DNA from: Lama guanicoe
Taxonomy: Eukaryota
Length of the DNA stretch: 64,000 nt
Direction: 5' to 3'
Assembly (NCBI GenBank): GCA_013239625.1
Contig: MU053933.1
Span: 1,366,001 to 1,430,000, forward strand
The notes under the pieces were generated by a model. It did no database searches. It was not told the origin of the DNA and saw only the letters and a list, made by a program, of their open reading frames with translations. Numbering within the stretch: position 1 is the first letter of the stretch; every line of letters starts with the position of its first letter. The translations under genes were made by a program, and so were the position numbers. Positions 22,201-34,925 of the stretch are shown one piece after another.

Positions 22201-24029
22201 TAGATACTTGATTTTGAGTGAGATTTTTACTAGAGCCCCGGAATCGGTGACTAACGTTGAAAATGTCACAAGAACTAAGTGACCCTTGACCCACGACCCA
22301 ACCCCCTAAGCCTCGCTGCAGGGCTGAACGCCCGAGAACTCAACAGGGTGGAGACCAAGGCCAGCTCCCCGACCCAGACTGTGCTGGGGGCTCGGGGAGT
22401 CAGAGGCTTCAGGGCTGGGACTCACTGAGGGAGTCAGCCAGAGGGAGGGCAGGTCGAGGGGAAGCACAGGCACCCCGCGCCCCACCCGCAGCCCTGGAAG
22501 CCGGCAGCCCAGCACCTGGGAGGGAGGGAAAGGGGCCGAGCGGGGCGTGAGGGGACGTCTTCAGACAGACGGCCTGTGTCGGGCGGCTGGAGCGACCGGA
22601 TGTGAGCGGCATCTGCACAAGGGCTTGTCGGGGGCCGGGAGGGGTCGCAGAGCGCAGCTAAAGCTGCGATCAGCCAAACAGAACAAGTTTATGTTCACGC
22701 CGAGCTGAGGCTCTGCGGTCAACCGTGCAAGAGAGAGGACACGTGTGTGGCTAGCCCTTCTGCTCTTCCTGCAATGACGTACACCACTTGCAGAATCTTA
22801 AGGGAAACTATTACAGTTAATATGAATGTATTTGTCTGCATTTGGTGAAAAAAGAGAGGGAGAGAGGACGGAGAAAGAAGGGAGTTAGAAGGGAAACACT
22901 GAGGGAGAGTGAAGTGGGAACCTGTGTGAGTGTCTCGCACCGAGGCCCCGTTTCCTGCAGTTACCAGCAGGTCAGACCTGGAAGGGCTCCATGCCCCGGC
23001 CTGTGCCCTGCACCGCGGGTGGGCTCGGGGCATCTGTGAAGCAGCAAGTCCTCTCTTGGCCCTCAGGGAGGGGGGCCTTGGGAGCAGCTGGTCCCAGCTG
23101 ATGGGGGGAGGCTGAGGGAACACGGAACTCCCTGGGAACAAATCCCATTTGGCCTCGCTACCCATTTCTGGAGCAGGCTGGTCCTGTTCACAACGGTACA
23201 GACATTTTAATCTACATTTTCACAAAAATCTAACCCTTTCCTTCTGGATTCTGGGCCATGGTGATTTGGTACACCAATTCGAATTAAAGTTAATAAAAAA
23301 GAGACTTCATTGGCTTACCCTGCATCACTCAGGGGAGCTACAGGCATGGCTAGATGCAGGACCCCACATGACGGCCTCTCTGCCCAGGCTGGCCCTGGGT
23401 GCCTGCCTCGGATTTTTCACCCTCTTCGCACTTGCTACCCAGCCTTTCCCAAAGTGACCCTTGCAGGCCGCAGGGTTCGACCTGGGATTGAGCAACATGG
23501 TAACTGTGAGAAGGCCCCCGGGGCTGAGAGAGCCCGCCCACCCCCTTCTACTGGTCAGTTCTGCCGCAAAGAGCAGGGCTTCTGCCTGGGCACCAGCGGA
23601 GGAAGGGCCCAGCCCTGGGGGGCTGAGGGGCTTCCCAAAGATGACCTCTGTCCGCTTTCAGTTTCTTCACAGCCCACGTGTTCCACCTTCTCTGGCCAAA
23701 GAGTCCCCGAGGGCAGAAGTGGCCGAACAGTAAAGACTGCATATGCCCACCTATGCGCCTCCAGGCATGGGGCAAGGGGCGGGGGTACCGAGACGCCTAA
23801 ACGCACATCACTCCTGCCAGGAAATCATCCATTCTGCTGGGGGAGTGGACACCGCCCAGCCTCCCTCCCCTTCGCTGGGCAGCATATCTGTCTTTCCTGG
23901 GGGCTGACCCTACAGAAAGACACACACGCCCCGCATCCACTGGCCACAGTGGTAGGTCCTGGGATGCTCGTGTGACCCATGTCACATTGTAAGGACTCCC
24001 TCTGAGACTAACCTGTAGAGTGACCAGAA

Positions 24030-24320
24030 AATCAGCCTCTTCCCACCAGGGCTGCTAATTTGGTAGGAGGCAAATGTGGGATTGCCAAAGGCCACCTCCA
24101 CCCCATGGGGAGAGGTCTGACGCCCAGAATGAAGTCAAGCAAAGACAAGCAGAACCAAGACACGGAGAGAGAACCAGAGCCCTGAGGCCATCATTCAGGC
24201 TCCTGGATCCAGCCATGACTGAAGCTGCTCCCGAGTGATGTAGTGAACGCCAAGCTTAGAAATTTCCTTTTCACTTACATTCATCTGAAATGGGATTCTG
24301 CACCAAGAGAGCTCTACCTA
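24030..24320 (+). mobile_element. Old MaLR LTR fragment (MLT1J/K-like)
   Basis: ctcctggatccagccatgactgaagct motif. Confidence 0.5.
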
Positions 24321-26838
24321 AAACAGAGAGAGCAGGAACGCCACGTTGACGTGCTAGGCACTCAGGTGGGCGTGCACAGAAGTACCCAGGAAACAAGGGA
24401 ACGGGCACAGCCAGGTCTCGAAGGACACATGCAGCTGCCCAGGCAAAGGCCTGCAGAGCATCCCAGTGAGGGAACACGTGCACATCAGAGAGGATCAGGG
24501 CAGGGACCATACACGATTCCAGCTGGCCATGGAGGGCTGGGTACAGGCGGGGAGCGGCGAGGGTGGGGGCCGGGTGCTGCAAAGCAGCAAGTGCGGTGGG
24601 CACTTTCTACCCTGGGTCAGCGAGGTGATTAAACACGCTCACAGCAACCACACAAAATCTGCAAATAAATTTTGGCCTGCATTTTCTTCCAGCAGCGGGA
24701 TAAAACCTATGGACCACAGCATCTCTTCCCCAAATGTCTGTATCTCTCCCGGCAGATCCAGCCCCACAGAAGAGATGATGCGGTCCTTCTTTCGCCGCCC
24801 CGCCAATTTAGCCACAAAGGGATCTCTCCTCCCTTCTCCTTCCACTCCCTTGTCTCCCCTGCCACCTTGAATCACGGGGTCCAACGAAGCTCTTTGGGCA
24901 ACACTGTCAGCCTGCAGCCTGGGAGCCCCAGACCCCAGGCCCCACAGGCCCTGCACGTGTGCCGCGCACAGGTGCACAGGCCGCGCTCAGGCGGGCCTAC
25001 ACGTGGTGCGGCGCTGCTGCTGCCGCCTCGATGGGCACAGAGCTTTTGGCCCACGGGTGCCTTGTTTCCACTCTGCACTGGGTCCCCTGAGTAGAGCGGC
25101 TGGTGGAACTCCCCTTCATCCTGCCTCCTGCATCTCGACCTGGACCTCACCTGGGCCCGGGGCAGCCCCCACATACAGAATGGGCTCCAGGCCTGGGCCA
25201 CCACCCTGATCTGTTTCCAGGGGCTGGTTCACACCCAGGGACACCCAGAGACAGGGGAAGGCCCAGCCTCAGAGCCCCAGGGAGGCTGAGAGGGGCTCCT
25301 GGCGGCACAGGGACAGAAGCTTATCACGGCTCCTGAAAGCCACGCTGGACGCAGTGGTAGAGTGGGCCTTGCCTGGACCAGCTAATTGGCTGTCCTCAAC
25401 CCAAGGTCATGAGCAGAGCACAGACACAGCGAGGAAGGAAGCTTCCCAGGGGCTCCCGTACCTGCATGACTCACTCTGAAAGCACCTGCCCGGGCGGAGG
25501 TACCCCTCCCACCCTCGATCCCCAACTCCCCGACCAGGGCCAGACCTCAGGAGACACAGCCGGGGGATGTGGTTCCTGAGCCATTGCCTGAGCTGGACCC
25601 AAATGTCCGCATCTCATCAGAGCCATGATTGGACCAACCAGGGAGCTCCCATGAGCTATTCTGAAGGCTTACAACCACCCTGGGGAAGGGCGGGGCCTTT
25701 CTTGAGTGAGGGCCAAGGGGAAGGGTGGGCACCTCCACACCACAGCCCCAGGAGGCCAAGACCACCCTGCCAGGTCGCAGGGCAGGGATCCGGGGCGGGG
25801 CCTCCCACAGTCAGAGCTTCGGGGGACGAGAGGCCACAGCCTCCAACTCCCAGAAGGATCTTGTCCAAGGGAATTCAGTATCGGGGCTGCTGGGGTCTCT
25901 GCATTTGGCTCTGAGTCTATTCTCCAAAATAAGCAAAGAAAAAGTCACAGAGCTTTCAAAGTCAAGGGGGCGCACCTGAAGAGGGTCACACGTTACATGA
26001 TGACTTGTAGCGTCAGCCAAGCTCACGCCCAGCAAGCTGGTGACTCAGCTCTTCCCCGGGGCCAAGGCCGGCCCCGCAGGGCGGGGAGGCACACAGGGGT
26101 GGCTGAAACCCCAGCCCTGGCTGGGACTCCACTCGCTGCCAGCGCCGAGCCCAGGCCCTCCACACCAGGGCCTTCTTTGAGACAGGTCTTCATAATAATA
26201 TTTGACAGTCAGTCAAGGCTACAGGGAACCCAGCCTGCAGTAAACTTCCATCTCCTCCTGCCTGGGCCCACCGGACCGGGAAAGGGAAAATCTGCACTGC
26301 GTTTTCCGGAGCAAAGGTGGGGCTGGCCTCGGCGGTCACCTCTCCTCAGCGTCTTCAGGTCACATGGGACACAGACCCTCGCCTGGCATGGCCTCCAGCC
26401 CCTCCAAGACACTTTGCGCTGCTGTGATCATACCGCAGTTTTCTCATGGCAGCAGAGGCGTCAGACCCAGGCACACATGCACGTGCACATGCACACACAC
26501 AGGCAGCCCGCTGCACGCGCTGCCTCCCGTGGCGGGCGAGCTCGGCTCTCAGCATAGCCCTGCAGGCTGGTGGCGGGCGCAGTGGCGTCAGCAGCTCCGG
26601 CTCTCGTGAGCAACCCCCAGAAGCCCTGGAACCACAGCTGCCCTGATGACTGGGCAGAGGTGGGGGGGTGGGGGAGCAGGCACCCCTGTTGAGGGCAGGA
26701 CCCCTGACCCAGTGGCAGGGGCCCCAAGGCACGGGGGACTCTGGGCTGCAGTGGACGGTCAGCCCCAGGCCAGGCCACAGCCCTCCCACAGTCAAGGACA
26801 CGGTGGGCACTGCCCACCCTGGGGCCCTTCTCCCCTGA

Positions 26839-26925
26839 GTCACCTCTGCCCCAAGGTCACCTCATTCCCTGTGGTCACCTCATTCCCTGTGGTCACCTCT
26901 CCCTGTGGTCACCTCTGCCCCATGG
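26839..26925 (+). repeat. Short minisatellite, 5 copies of a 16-18 bp unit (GGTCACCTCATTCCCTGT)
   Basis: GTCACCT at 26839, 26856, 26874, 26892 and 26908. Confidence 0.9.
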
Positions 26926-29624
26926 CTGCTTCTCGCACTGTGGTCATGCTAACCAACATGAGACACCCTTCTCCTGTCAGGAGCTCGCCCACCCGGCCCT
27001 CATGGTCAGCAGCACTGTTCCCAGGCTCTTGGGCACCTGACCTGGAGTCACACCGGCCAACAGCAGTTGATGAGCTGGGCTTCGTCTGAGTCACTGAAAC
27101 TCACAGACCTCAGCTCCTTCCTCTGCAGCACAGGGACAAAACATTTGCCTTCAAGCCTATTGTGCAGACCAAGTCAGAGCAAGCAGGAACGGGGGCTCTG
27201 TGCCCGTGCGCACCCAGGTGCGAATGCGTGTGTGCAAACGTGCAGGGACACACCCATCACCCGTCACAGAGCCGCCGGCTCGCATTCCAGCCCGTCCAGC
27301 CTCTGCACCCTACCCTGCACCCTGGCCTTCTCAGACAGGTGGCTGAGCGTGTTTTTCACACTCGGGGTGAAGCGGGAGGGATGGGGGCCAGAGAGCTAGT
27401 GAGCTGGGGGCGCGGGCTCAGCCTGTGTGCTCTCCCGCTTTCTGCAGCCGGGCGCCGGGGCGCTTCCTCACCTGGGCGCAGGAGACACGAGGGGCGGAGG
27501 GTGAGTGACCATGAGTGACAGCCAGCACATCAGCTGAGGCCACTGGCGTTGGCTCTGCCCTGCACGGGGGTCCTACACCCTCCTCAAGGCCCTGGCTGTG
27601 AAGTCTGCAAATAGAAGCCAGCCCTGGGCTCGTCACCCACAGTCCCCAAGGGTCCCAGCTGGTGGTGGCTCTGCAGCGGTGCCTCCTCCAGCCTCAGCTT
27701 CCCTGCTGGCTCCTTTCCTGGGCACCTCTTGCTGTCCCTGACCTGTGGGCACAGGTCCACGCCCCCGCCCAGCCTCTGGAGAGGTCTCCAGCTGTCCTGA
27801 GCTTGGGAAAGACCCCGAAGCAGGCTGTCCCTGTGGAGAAGGGCTGTGTCCCCTGTGAGTAGCCAGGGCCCCTGAGGCTCTCAGGCCATGACCCTGCTGT
27901 CATCAGGGCCCCCCATCACACTGCTGTCACCTCTCTCGTCCCGGCCTCTCACCTCTGCCAGAGACTCACCCAGTGTGAACTGCAGGGGCAGGAGTGGGGC
28001 ACACGCCCTGTCCCCAAGCCAGGCAGCACCACCTGCCAGGCCTTTGCTGGCGGCTCTGGAGGAGCCCACCCCAACAGGGGCGCCTGGAAGGGGAGGGCAG
28101 CAAAGATGGGGGCCAGAGGGTGCTGCCCCAGGACACCTGGATGTGTTCCGTGTGTGTCCGGGGCTCTGGCCGCAGGTGGGCCGGTGCTCCTCCCCAGGGG
28201 TCCTGAGGTTTAGAACCAAGACCAGCCCAGCACCTGCTGCCCTGCTCGCCACTGTGTGACTTTCTGCCCTGCACTTGCTCTGCCCATCTGGGGCAAACCA
28301 CTTCCCTCTGTGTTTTCATTTCCCTTTTTCCCAAGGAGGGAATACACCTGCCCCCAGCCCGGCACAGGCCTTCACCAGCTCCAGGCTGGGGTGCGAGGCT
28401 TGGAAACAGCTGGGGACCCAGGGACAGAGGGGAGCTTTGGGGACTAAGCGTCCTTCCTGACTACGAGTAGGGAGAGGCCCCACCTGTCCCAGAAGGGACG
28501 GGACTCAGGACCAGGAAAGGGCCACCACTGGGGCCCACAAGTCTGGCTGCTGGGAGCACCCCAGCCTTGGAGCAAGGCTGAGGAGACAGCTCAGTGCAGC
28601 GTCCCACACCCCCGAGGCATCCCCCTATAGCCTTCCCACCAGGAGGCTGCCCTGCCCTTGCCACCCACAGGTCACCCCAACACATCCTCTGGGCCCCCCA
28701 CTGGCCGGCCTCGAGCCCAAGCAGACCCACATGAGCCCCGCAGCAGCCTGGGCCCCCATGCCGGGAGGTGGAGTGAAGCTCTGCAGCCAGGACTGGCAGC
28801 AGGCAAGCTAGGGGGAGCCCCTCACCCCAGCCCCCTGCTCACAAGGCCCACACCCAGCCCTGGCGCCGCTGCTGGTCACGGCGCTGGCATTCCTCGCCTC
28901 CTTGCCAGGCCCCTTCTGCAGTTGGGGTGCAGGGGTCTCCACCTCCCAGGTCTGCCTGCACCCCCCACCTTGCACAGTGGCCTTCTCCTAGCCTGCGCTG
29001 GGTCTGCCCTGCTGGCGGCTCCCTCCGGCCCTGAGCCCTAGAAGCAAGGCTGCCCTGAGGTCTCCACAAGCCCAGGGGAGGCCCTGGGAGCCATTTCCTG
29101 GATAAAACCCAAAATGCACAGGCCAGCAACACAGGGATGGGAACAGTGTCGTTTGGTCCAGCAGAGAGGGGCGCCCTGTGTTCCCTGCTCGGATCCCGGC
29201 TTCGGACACACAGTCCGGGAGCATCTTGACCCCAACTTACAGGAAAGCACGTGACGGTGCCGGGCTGGAATCTCACTTCCCTCTGAGATTCAGGCTGAAA
29301 GAGGCTGAGGCTTCCGGGACGAGGGCGGGAGGTCAGCAGGGAAGGGGAGGCTGGGGTTCCGGCTCCTGTTTCCTGCCCGCATTTGCCCGCCCCAGTAAGG
29401 ATGGCGGCTTCGCCCACCTACTGGCGCCCCCGCTCACCGCACAGGTGTCTGCTTCAAGCAAAATCGGGACGTCTGATGGGAGGAGGGAGCCATCTTCTTC
29501 TCAACCACGCGGGTGGTGGAGCCTGGAGAGGGTGGGGAGTGGGGACAGCGCGGGGCAGGTGGCAGGGCTGGAGGCCCCAGGGCAGCTGTCCCCAGACTGC
29601 TGTGGGTCGGGTCACCTTCAGAGA

Positions 29625-30040
29625 TGGGAGCTTGCCTGTGGCTGTGTACCACACACCATGGCCTGGGGGGCTTCGGACAACGGGAATTTATTCTCTCACA
29701 GTCTGGAGGCTGGGAGTCCAAAATCGAAAAGGTCACGGGATCATGCTCCGTCCAAACTCCCAGGGAGGGGCCTTCCTGCCTCCCCTGGTGGCCGGGCCGG
29801 ACGCTCCGTGGCTTGTGGCCATGTCTCTCTGATCCCCACTCTGTCTTCACAAGGCCTGTTCCCTCCGTCTGTGTCCAAACCTCCCTGTGCTTCTAAGGAC
29901 CCCGTCTCACAGGACTTCGGGCCCCGCCTCCAGACCTCAGTTCAACTTGATGGCACCTTCCTGCAAAGACTCCATCTCCAAATAAGGTCACAGGCACCAG
30001 GGACCATATCACGTGAAGGGACACAACACACCCCACAGCA
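29625..30040 (-). mobile_element. MaLR solo LTR (MLT1B/C-like)
   Basis: aatttattctctcacagtctggaggctgggagtccaaaatc and ctgcaaagactccatctccaaataaggtcaca. Confidence 0.8.
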
Positions 30041-32294
30041 GCTTCCATCTTGAAAAGGCGAAAATAGGGGCGGCGCTCTCCCACCTAGGACTTGGCCTTT
30101 GACCCCAGGCCTGCTCTCAGGCGGGCTCTCTTGGTGGTGGGAGGGGTTCCAGGACAAGGATGGAAAGAAAACGGGGCATCGTCCCATCACTTCACAGTAC
30201 CGCTCGGGGGCAGACTGCTGGGTCCGAGGACGCCGCGCTGTTCACCAGCTCTGTGCTCTGGGACGAGGGCCTGCACCTTCAGCGTCTCCATCTGTGAAGG
30301 AGATGGCCTGGAGAGCTTGAGTCTGGGGCCTGGGCTGTGCCCTCGGGCGTGAGCCCCAGAACCTCGGGCCCTGGCAAAGGGAGGGAGGAAGGGCAGGGCC
30401 CATGTCCTGCCTGGAGCCTCCTGCCGACAGCCAGGCCTGCAGCCCTGGCTCCACTGACCTCTGAGGCCTCAGTGTCCCCGTCTGCTACCCTGTGGGGACA
30501 CAGCCTCCTCACTCCCAGCCTCCCCTACAGATGAGACTCTAGCCCCCTCTGAGCTCAGAAGAGAGGCCCCGGGACAGGAGGAGGAGAAGAAACAGCCTAC
30601 CTGGGCCTGCTCGCTGAGGGCCATCCAGCTCTGGAGAGGCCACAGCCCCAGTCGCTCCCGCAGCTGGAGACACAGGTACATGCACCCTCCGTTACAAGCC
30701 CCCATCCCTGTGCCGGGGAGCCCCAAGAGGCGAGAGGCCTGAGTTCTTGCAGGTGCCGCTCCCACACCAGCGCCACCAAGGCCCAGGCGAGAGGAGCAGT
30801 GCCACCTCGGCACGGGGCCTCAAACTTCCACGCTGTCCGCTCCCCAGTCCTGCTCTGACCCCTCACACCTGGCCATGGCCAGCCTGGGCGGTGACCAGCC
30901 CTGACATCACCAGGTCCCGAGGGCCTGTCTCTGGAAAGGAGTGGCATGCATGCTGGGGTGCACCCCCTTTCTCTCTGGAGGACGCAGGTTTGCTCTCCTT
31001 TCACAGGGGGCAGCTCCAGATATGCCCCCCACCCCGTCCATGCCACACGAGCACCAACTCTGCACCTGGGAACCACACGAGCCACTTGGCCCCGCACAGC
31101 AGCTCTGCACAGGGTGGTTGTGGTGTGTGATGTCCCCCCGATCCCTGACCTCTAGCCTGGCCCTGAACTCCCCTGCACCACCCTGTCAGGGCCTGGGAGC
31201 TGTGGGCACTTTGAATTCCCAGCAGCCATCGACCTGCTGTGCCCGTGCAAGGTGACAACCCCTGCCTGACTCAGACGGGCAAGGATGATTGGGCTGTCAT
31301 GCCTATTTCAGGAAAATTAATTATACCCCATGTGGAGAGGGAACTTGCCAATTAAATGTCTTCCGTGCACTGTCCCAGAATGCCAAGTACAGCCTGCCTG
31401 CAGCTCTGGCCCAGGGCAGGTGGGCAGAGCCCCCAGGAGCCTCAGGGGTAATGGGGGCTCCCCGAGTGGTGGCCAGCGGGACTCAGACCCTCCCGGCTGG
31501 CCCCTTGTCCCTGCCATCCATCCATCGCTGATGCAGGAACCTGCAAACTTTGTCCAGAGCATCCCAGTCTGGAGCCGAGCTTTCGGGCCAGCTCACTGCT
31601 GGGCGGCCACGGGCAGGGCTGACTCAGGAGCCGAGCTAGCCCGGGCACGTCCGGGGAGGCCACCCCACCTCGGAGGCTGACGGCGGCCCCCGCCCAGGGA
31701 AGGCTGCCTGTACATACCAGTTTGTACAGCACCCCTCTCCCTGGCCGCTGCCCCCATCCCCTTCTTTTTCACGCTTGTTCTTCAGGGTCTTCTGATTGTC
31801 CAGTGAGGGGAGATGGAGAGCCAGTGTGTCCATGGAGAGCCAGTGTGTCCAGGGAGCAGGCTGGGAGCCAGGCTTAGCCCTAAGCAACCAGGCCCCACCA
31901 CCCCCGCTGCCAGGGGTCGGTGTATCGGCAGCCACCTGTGAAGGTCAGGGACAAGCTTCCTAGTGACAAAGAGCAACAGCTCACGTGTCCTCCAGCCCTG
32001 AGCCACGTCCCCTGGTCTGCCCCCCTGCTCCTTGGAGAGCTGGCGCATAGGCAGCGCGAGTCCGCCTGGCAGGCAGAAGGAGGGCCCAGAGGCTTACAGT
32101 CCAGCAGCGTGGAGCCTGGCTGGGGAGTCGCCGCCTCCCCCCACCGCAGTCCTGTGGGTACAAACCAGGTCCTACAGGTGGAACCCGTGGCCTCTGCACC
32201 AGGTTTGGAGCTCATGGAAAAATGGACCCACTGGTCCGGGCTCAGTCTTCATCTCCACGTCCAACAACGAAGGCTCGTGTTAGCACGTGGTGTC

Positions 32295-34925
32295 TGAACT
32301 TTTATCATTATTGTTGCTGACATAAAAGGAAAACTTAGATGAACACTGCTCTATAAAACACGATAAAAGTGGCGGTGGGGCCATGTGCCCACAGTCCGAC
32401 CCACGGGAGGTGGATGGGTGGGACGCGTGTCACACCCCTCCCCACATGGAGACAGATGATGTAATTGAAACAGTCAGTGCAGAGGAAGACCTGTGGGGTG
32501 ACAGGGGGCCGAGAGGGGAGACGACCTGGAACGTGGAGCGGGACAGCAGCCTGGTACACACTTCGCCGCTGGTTACAGTCAATGCTAAACGGGCCAAATG
32601 CGCTGCTAAGAAGCAGGGACAAGCGGGCTGGATGGAAGTCCAGGGCCCAACCGCATGCCGTCTACAAGAACCCACTTTGACATAAAGACAGGCCAAGAGT
32701 AGAAATGGTGGAAGTTTAGCATGCACCCACCAAGCCAAGGAAGCTAGGATGGCAGTGTCAAAGGAGACCTCAGAACAAGGAGGGTGAGCGAGATGACGAG
32801 GGACGGCCCATGACGATAAGGGCCCACTCACCAAGACGCAGCAATCCCAGAAGCGTGCGCACCTGGTGAGAGAGAGCTTCAGAGCGCATGACGGTAAGGC
32901 CGGGAGAGCTGAAGAACCAGACAGGCAGCACGCGCCTCTCGTGGTCCCAACACTCCCCTCTCAGGGCAAACAGAAAAGAAGACGGAAAACCAGCAGGATG
33001 CCGAAGACTCTGGCCGCGGCGTCGCCCGCCCCGACCCGCCTGGGGTTTACAGCACTTTCCACCCGACCAGAGCAGAACGCGCGCTCTTCTCAGGGCACAC
33101 GGAGCACCCACCGAGAGGAGCCACACGCTAGCCCCCAAGGCAAGGCTCAGGGAAGCGGGAGGCGTCACCGCAGCACCGCCAGACAGTCGGCTGATGCCAA
33201 GAGTCCGCTATGGACTTCGGAGAAATAGAGCCGACGACTCCGCCGGAAGAGACGAGCGTCCTGAAAGACGTGAGTCCCCCAGGCTCGCTCAGACATGGGG
33301 CAGAAACGCTGCACAGCTCTAGACCCGTGCGTGACGCTGAACTCGTAACTTAAAGCCCCCCGCAAAGCAGCCCCTGCCCCAGACACCTCACCAGTGAACT
33401 CCATCAGTACTTAAGGGGGAAGTGATACTGGTCCTACACACACACAAAACAGTGTGATACAATTTATAGAAATTGACAGGCTGATTCTAAAATGTATATG
33501 GAAATGTGAAGGACCCAGAAAAGCACAAGTAATTTAGAGAAAAAAGAATAAAATCAGAAGATTTATATTACCCAATTTTATCAAGACTTAAGCTGTAATA
33601 ATAATAAAAATAACCAGGGCAATGTGTCCTTGCCACCGGACAGACATGCAGATCCACAGCACGGAGTCCAGAAGTAGGTTCTCACATTTGTAGTCACTTA
33701 GTTTCCGACACATGTGCTCAATTAATTCAGCGGGGCAAAGGAGAGCCTTTTCAATAGATGGTCCTGGAACCAGATAACCAGAAAGGAAAAATACACTTCA
33801 ACTGCCATCCCAAATCACAGGCAAACAGCATCTCAAAGTGGATCACAGATGTAGAAAGAAGAGCTGACTGTATAAAACCTCTACGAGGAGGAACTTCTCA
33901 GCATTGGGGCAGACAGATTTCTTAGACAGGACACAAAAAGCACTGACCAGAAAAGATAAAATGCTAAGGTGGACTTCATGAAAATTAAAACCTTCAACTC
34001 CTCTCTTCAAATGAAAGGCAAGCCACAGACGGGGAACAACTCTGTGTATGTGAGTGTAGACAAACATACGTATGTATGTGTGATGTAAAATTATTTGCAG
34101 AATATATAAAGAACTTCTACAACTTAATAAAAAGAATTCAAACAACCTCCTTAAAAATTGGCAGGAACTCAGACTTGAAAAATAGAATGGCCAATAAGCA
34201 CGTAAAAAGACGTTAAACTCACAAGTCATCGGGAAAAGGCAAAACAAAATCAGAAGAACAGACTTATCAGAATGGCTTAGATTGTAAAGACTGACACTAG
34301 CACGTGCTGGCCAGGCTGCAGAGCGACCGGCGCGCTCAGATTCCGAGGCCGGGGCGTGCATCAGGGCGGCCACTCTGGGCGACAGCTTGGCAGCTTCCTG
34401 CAGAGTCAGTAGCTGTCATTCTGTCAGTGCAGCCGTCGCTTCCACCCGTTACCCAAGAGAAAAAAACGCGTCCACGTAAACACTCACACACAAACACTCA
34501 CAGCAGCAGCATTTGTAATAGCCCCAAACTGGGACCAGCCCGAGTGTCCACGGACAGGCGAGTGCATGAACACCCCTGGTCGGCCCACGCCGTGGAGCAC
34601 GCTCGCCCAGCAGTGAAAGAGCTGAACTCGTGGTACCCACAACTCCTGGACGGATCTGCACGGAATTCTGCCAGGCGAATGGAGAACACATGCTGTGTGA
34701 CCTGTTCAGGGGAAATTCTAGAAAATGCAAACTAAGCCACAGGGACTGAGGGCAGGCCAAAGGCTGCCCGGGGCCGGGAGAGCGGGGTGTCTCCCCAGGG
34801 CCTGGGGGCCCTCTGGTGTAGACATGTGTGTTCTGACTTCAGTGGTGGCCATACCGTCTGCGCCTTGTCCAAGCGCACTGACCGCTGTGACAGGCATTTC
34901 ACTGTGTGTCAGTCCCAGCTGACTG
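32295..34925 (+). mobile_element. Ancient L1 (L1ME/MD-like) with large internal deletions: endonuclease region, ORF2 3' part and 3' UTR
   Basis: catgccgtctacaagaacccacttt, gaaattgacaggctgattctaaaatgtatatggaa, gaatatataaagaacttctacaac and ttgtaatagccccaaactgg. Confidence 0.75.

Noticed and set aside
26839..26925. CRISPR-like repeat array
   Set aside because: Eukaryotic context, contiguous tandem units, no unique spacers, no cas genes
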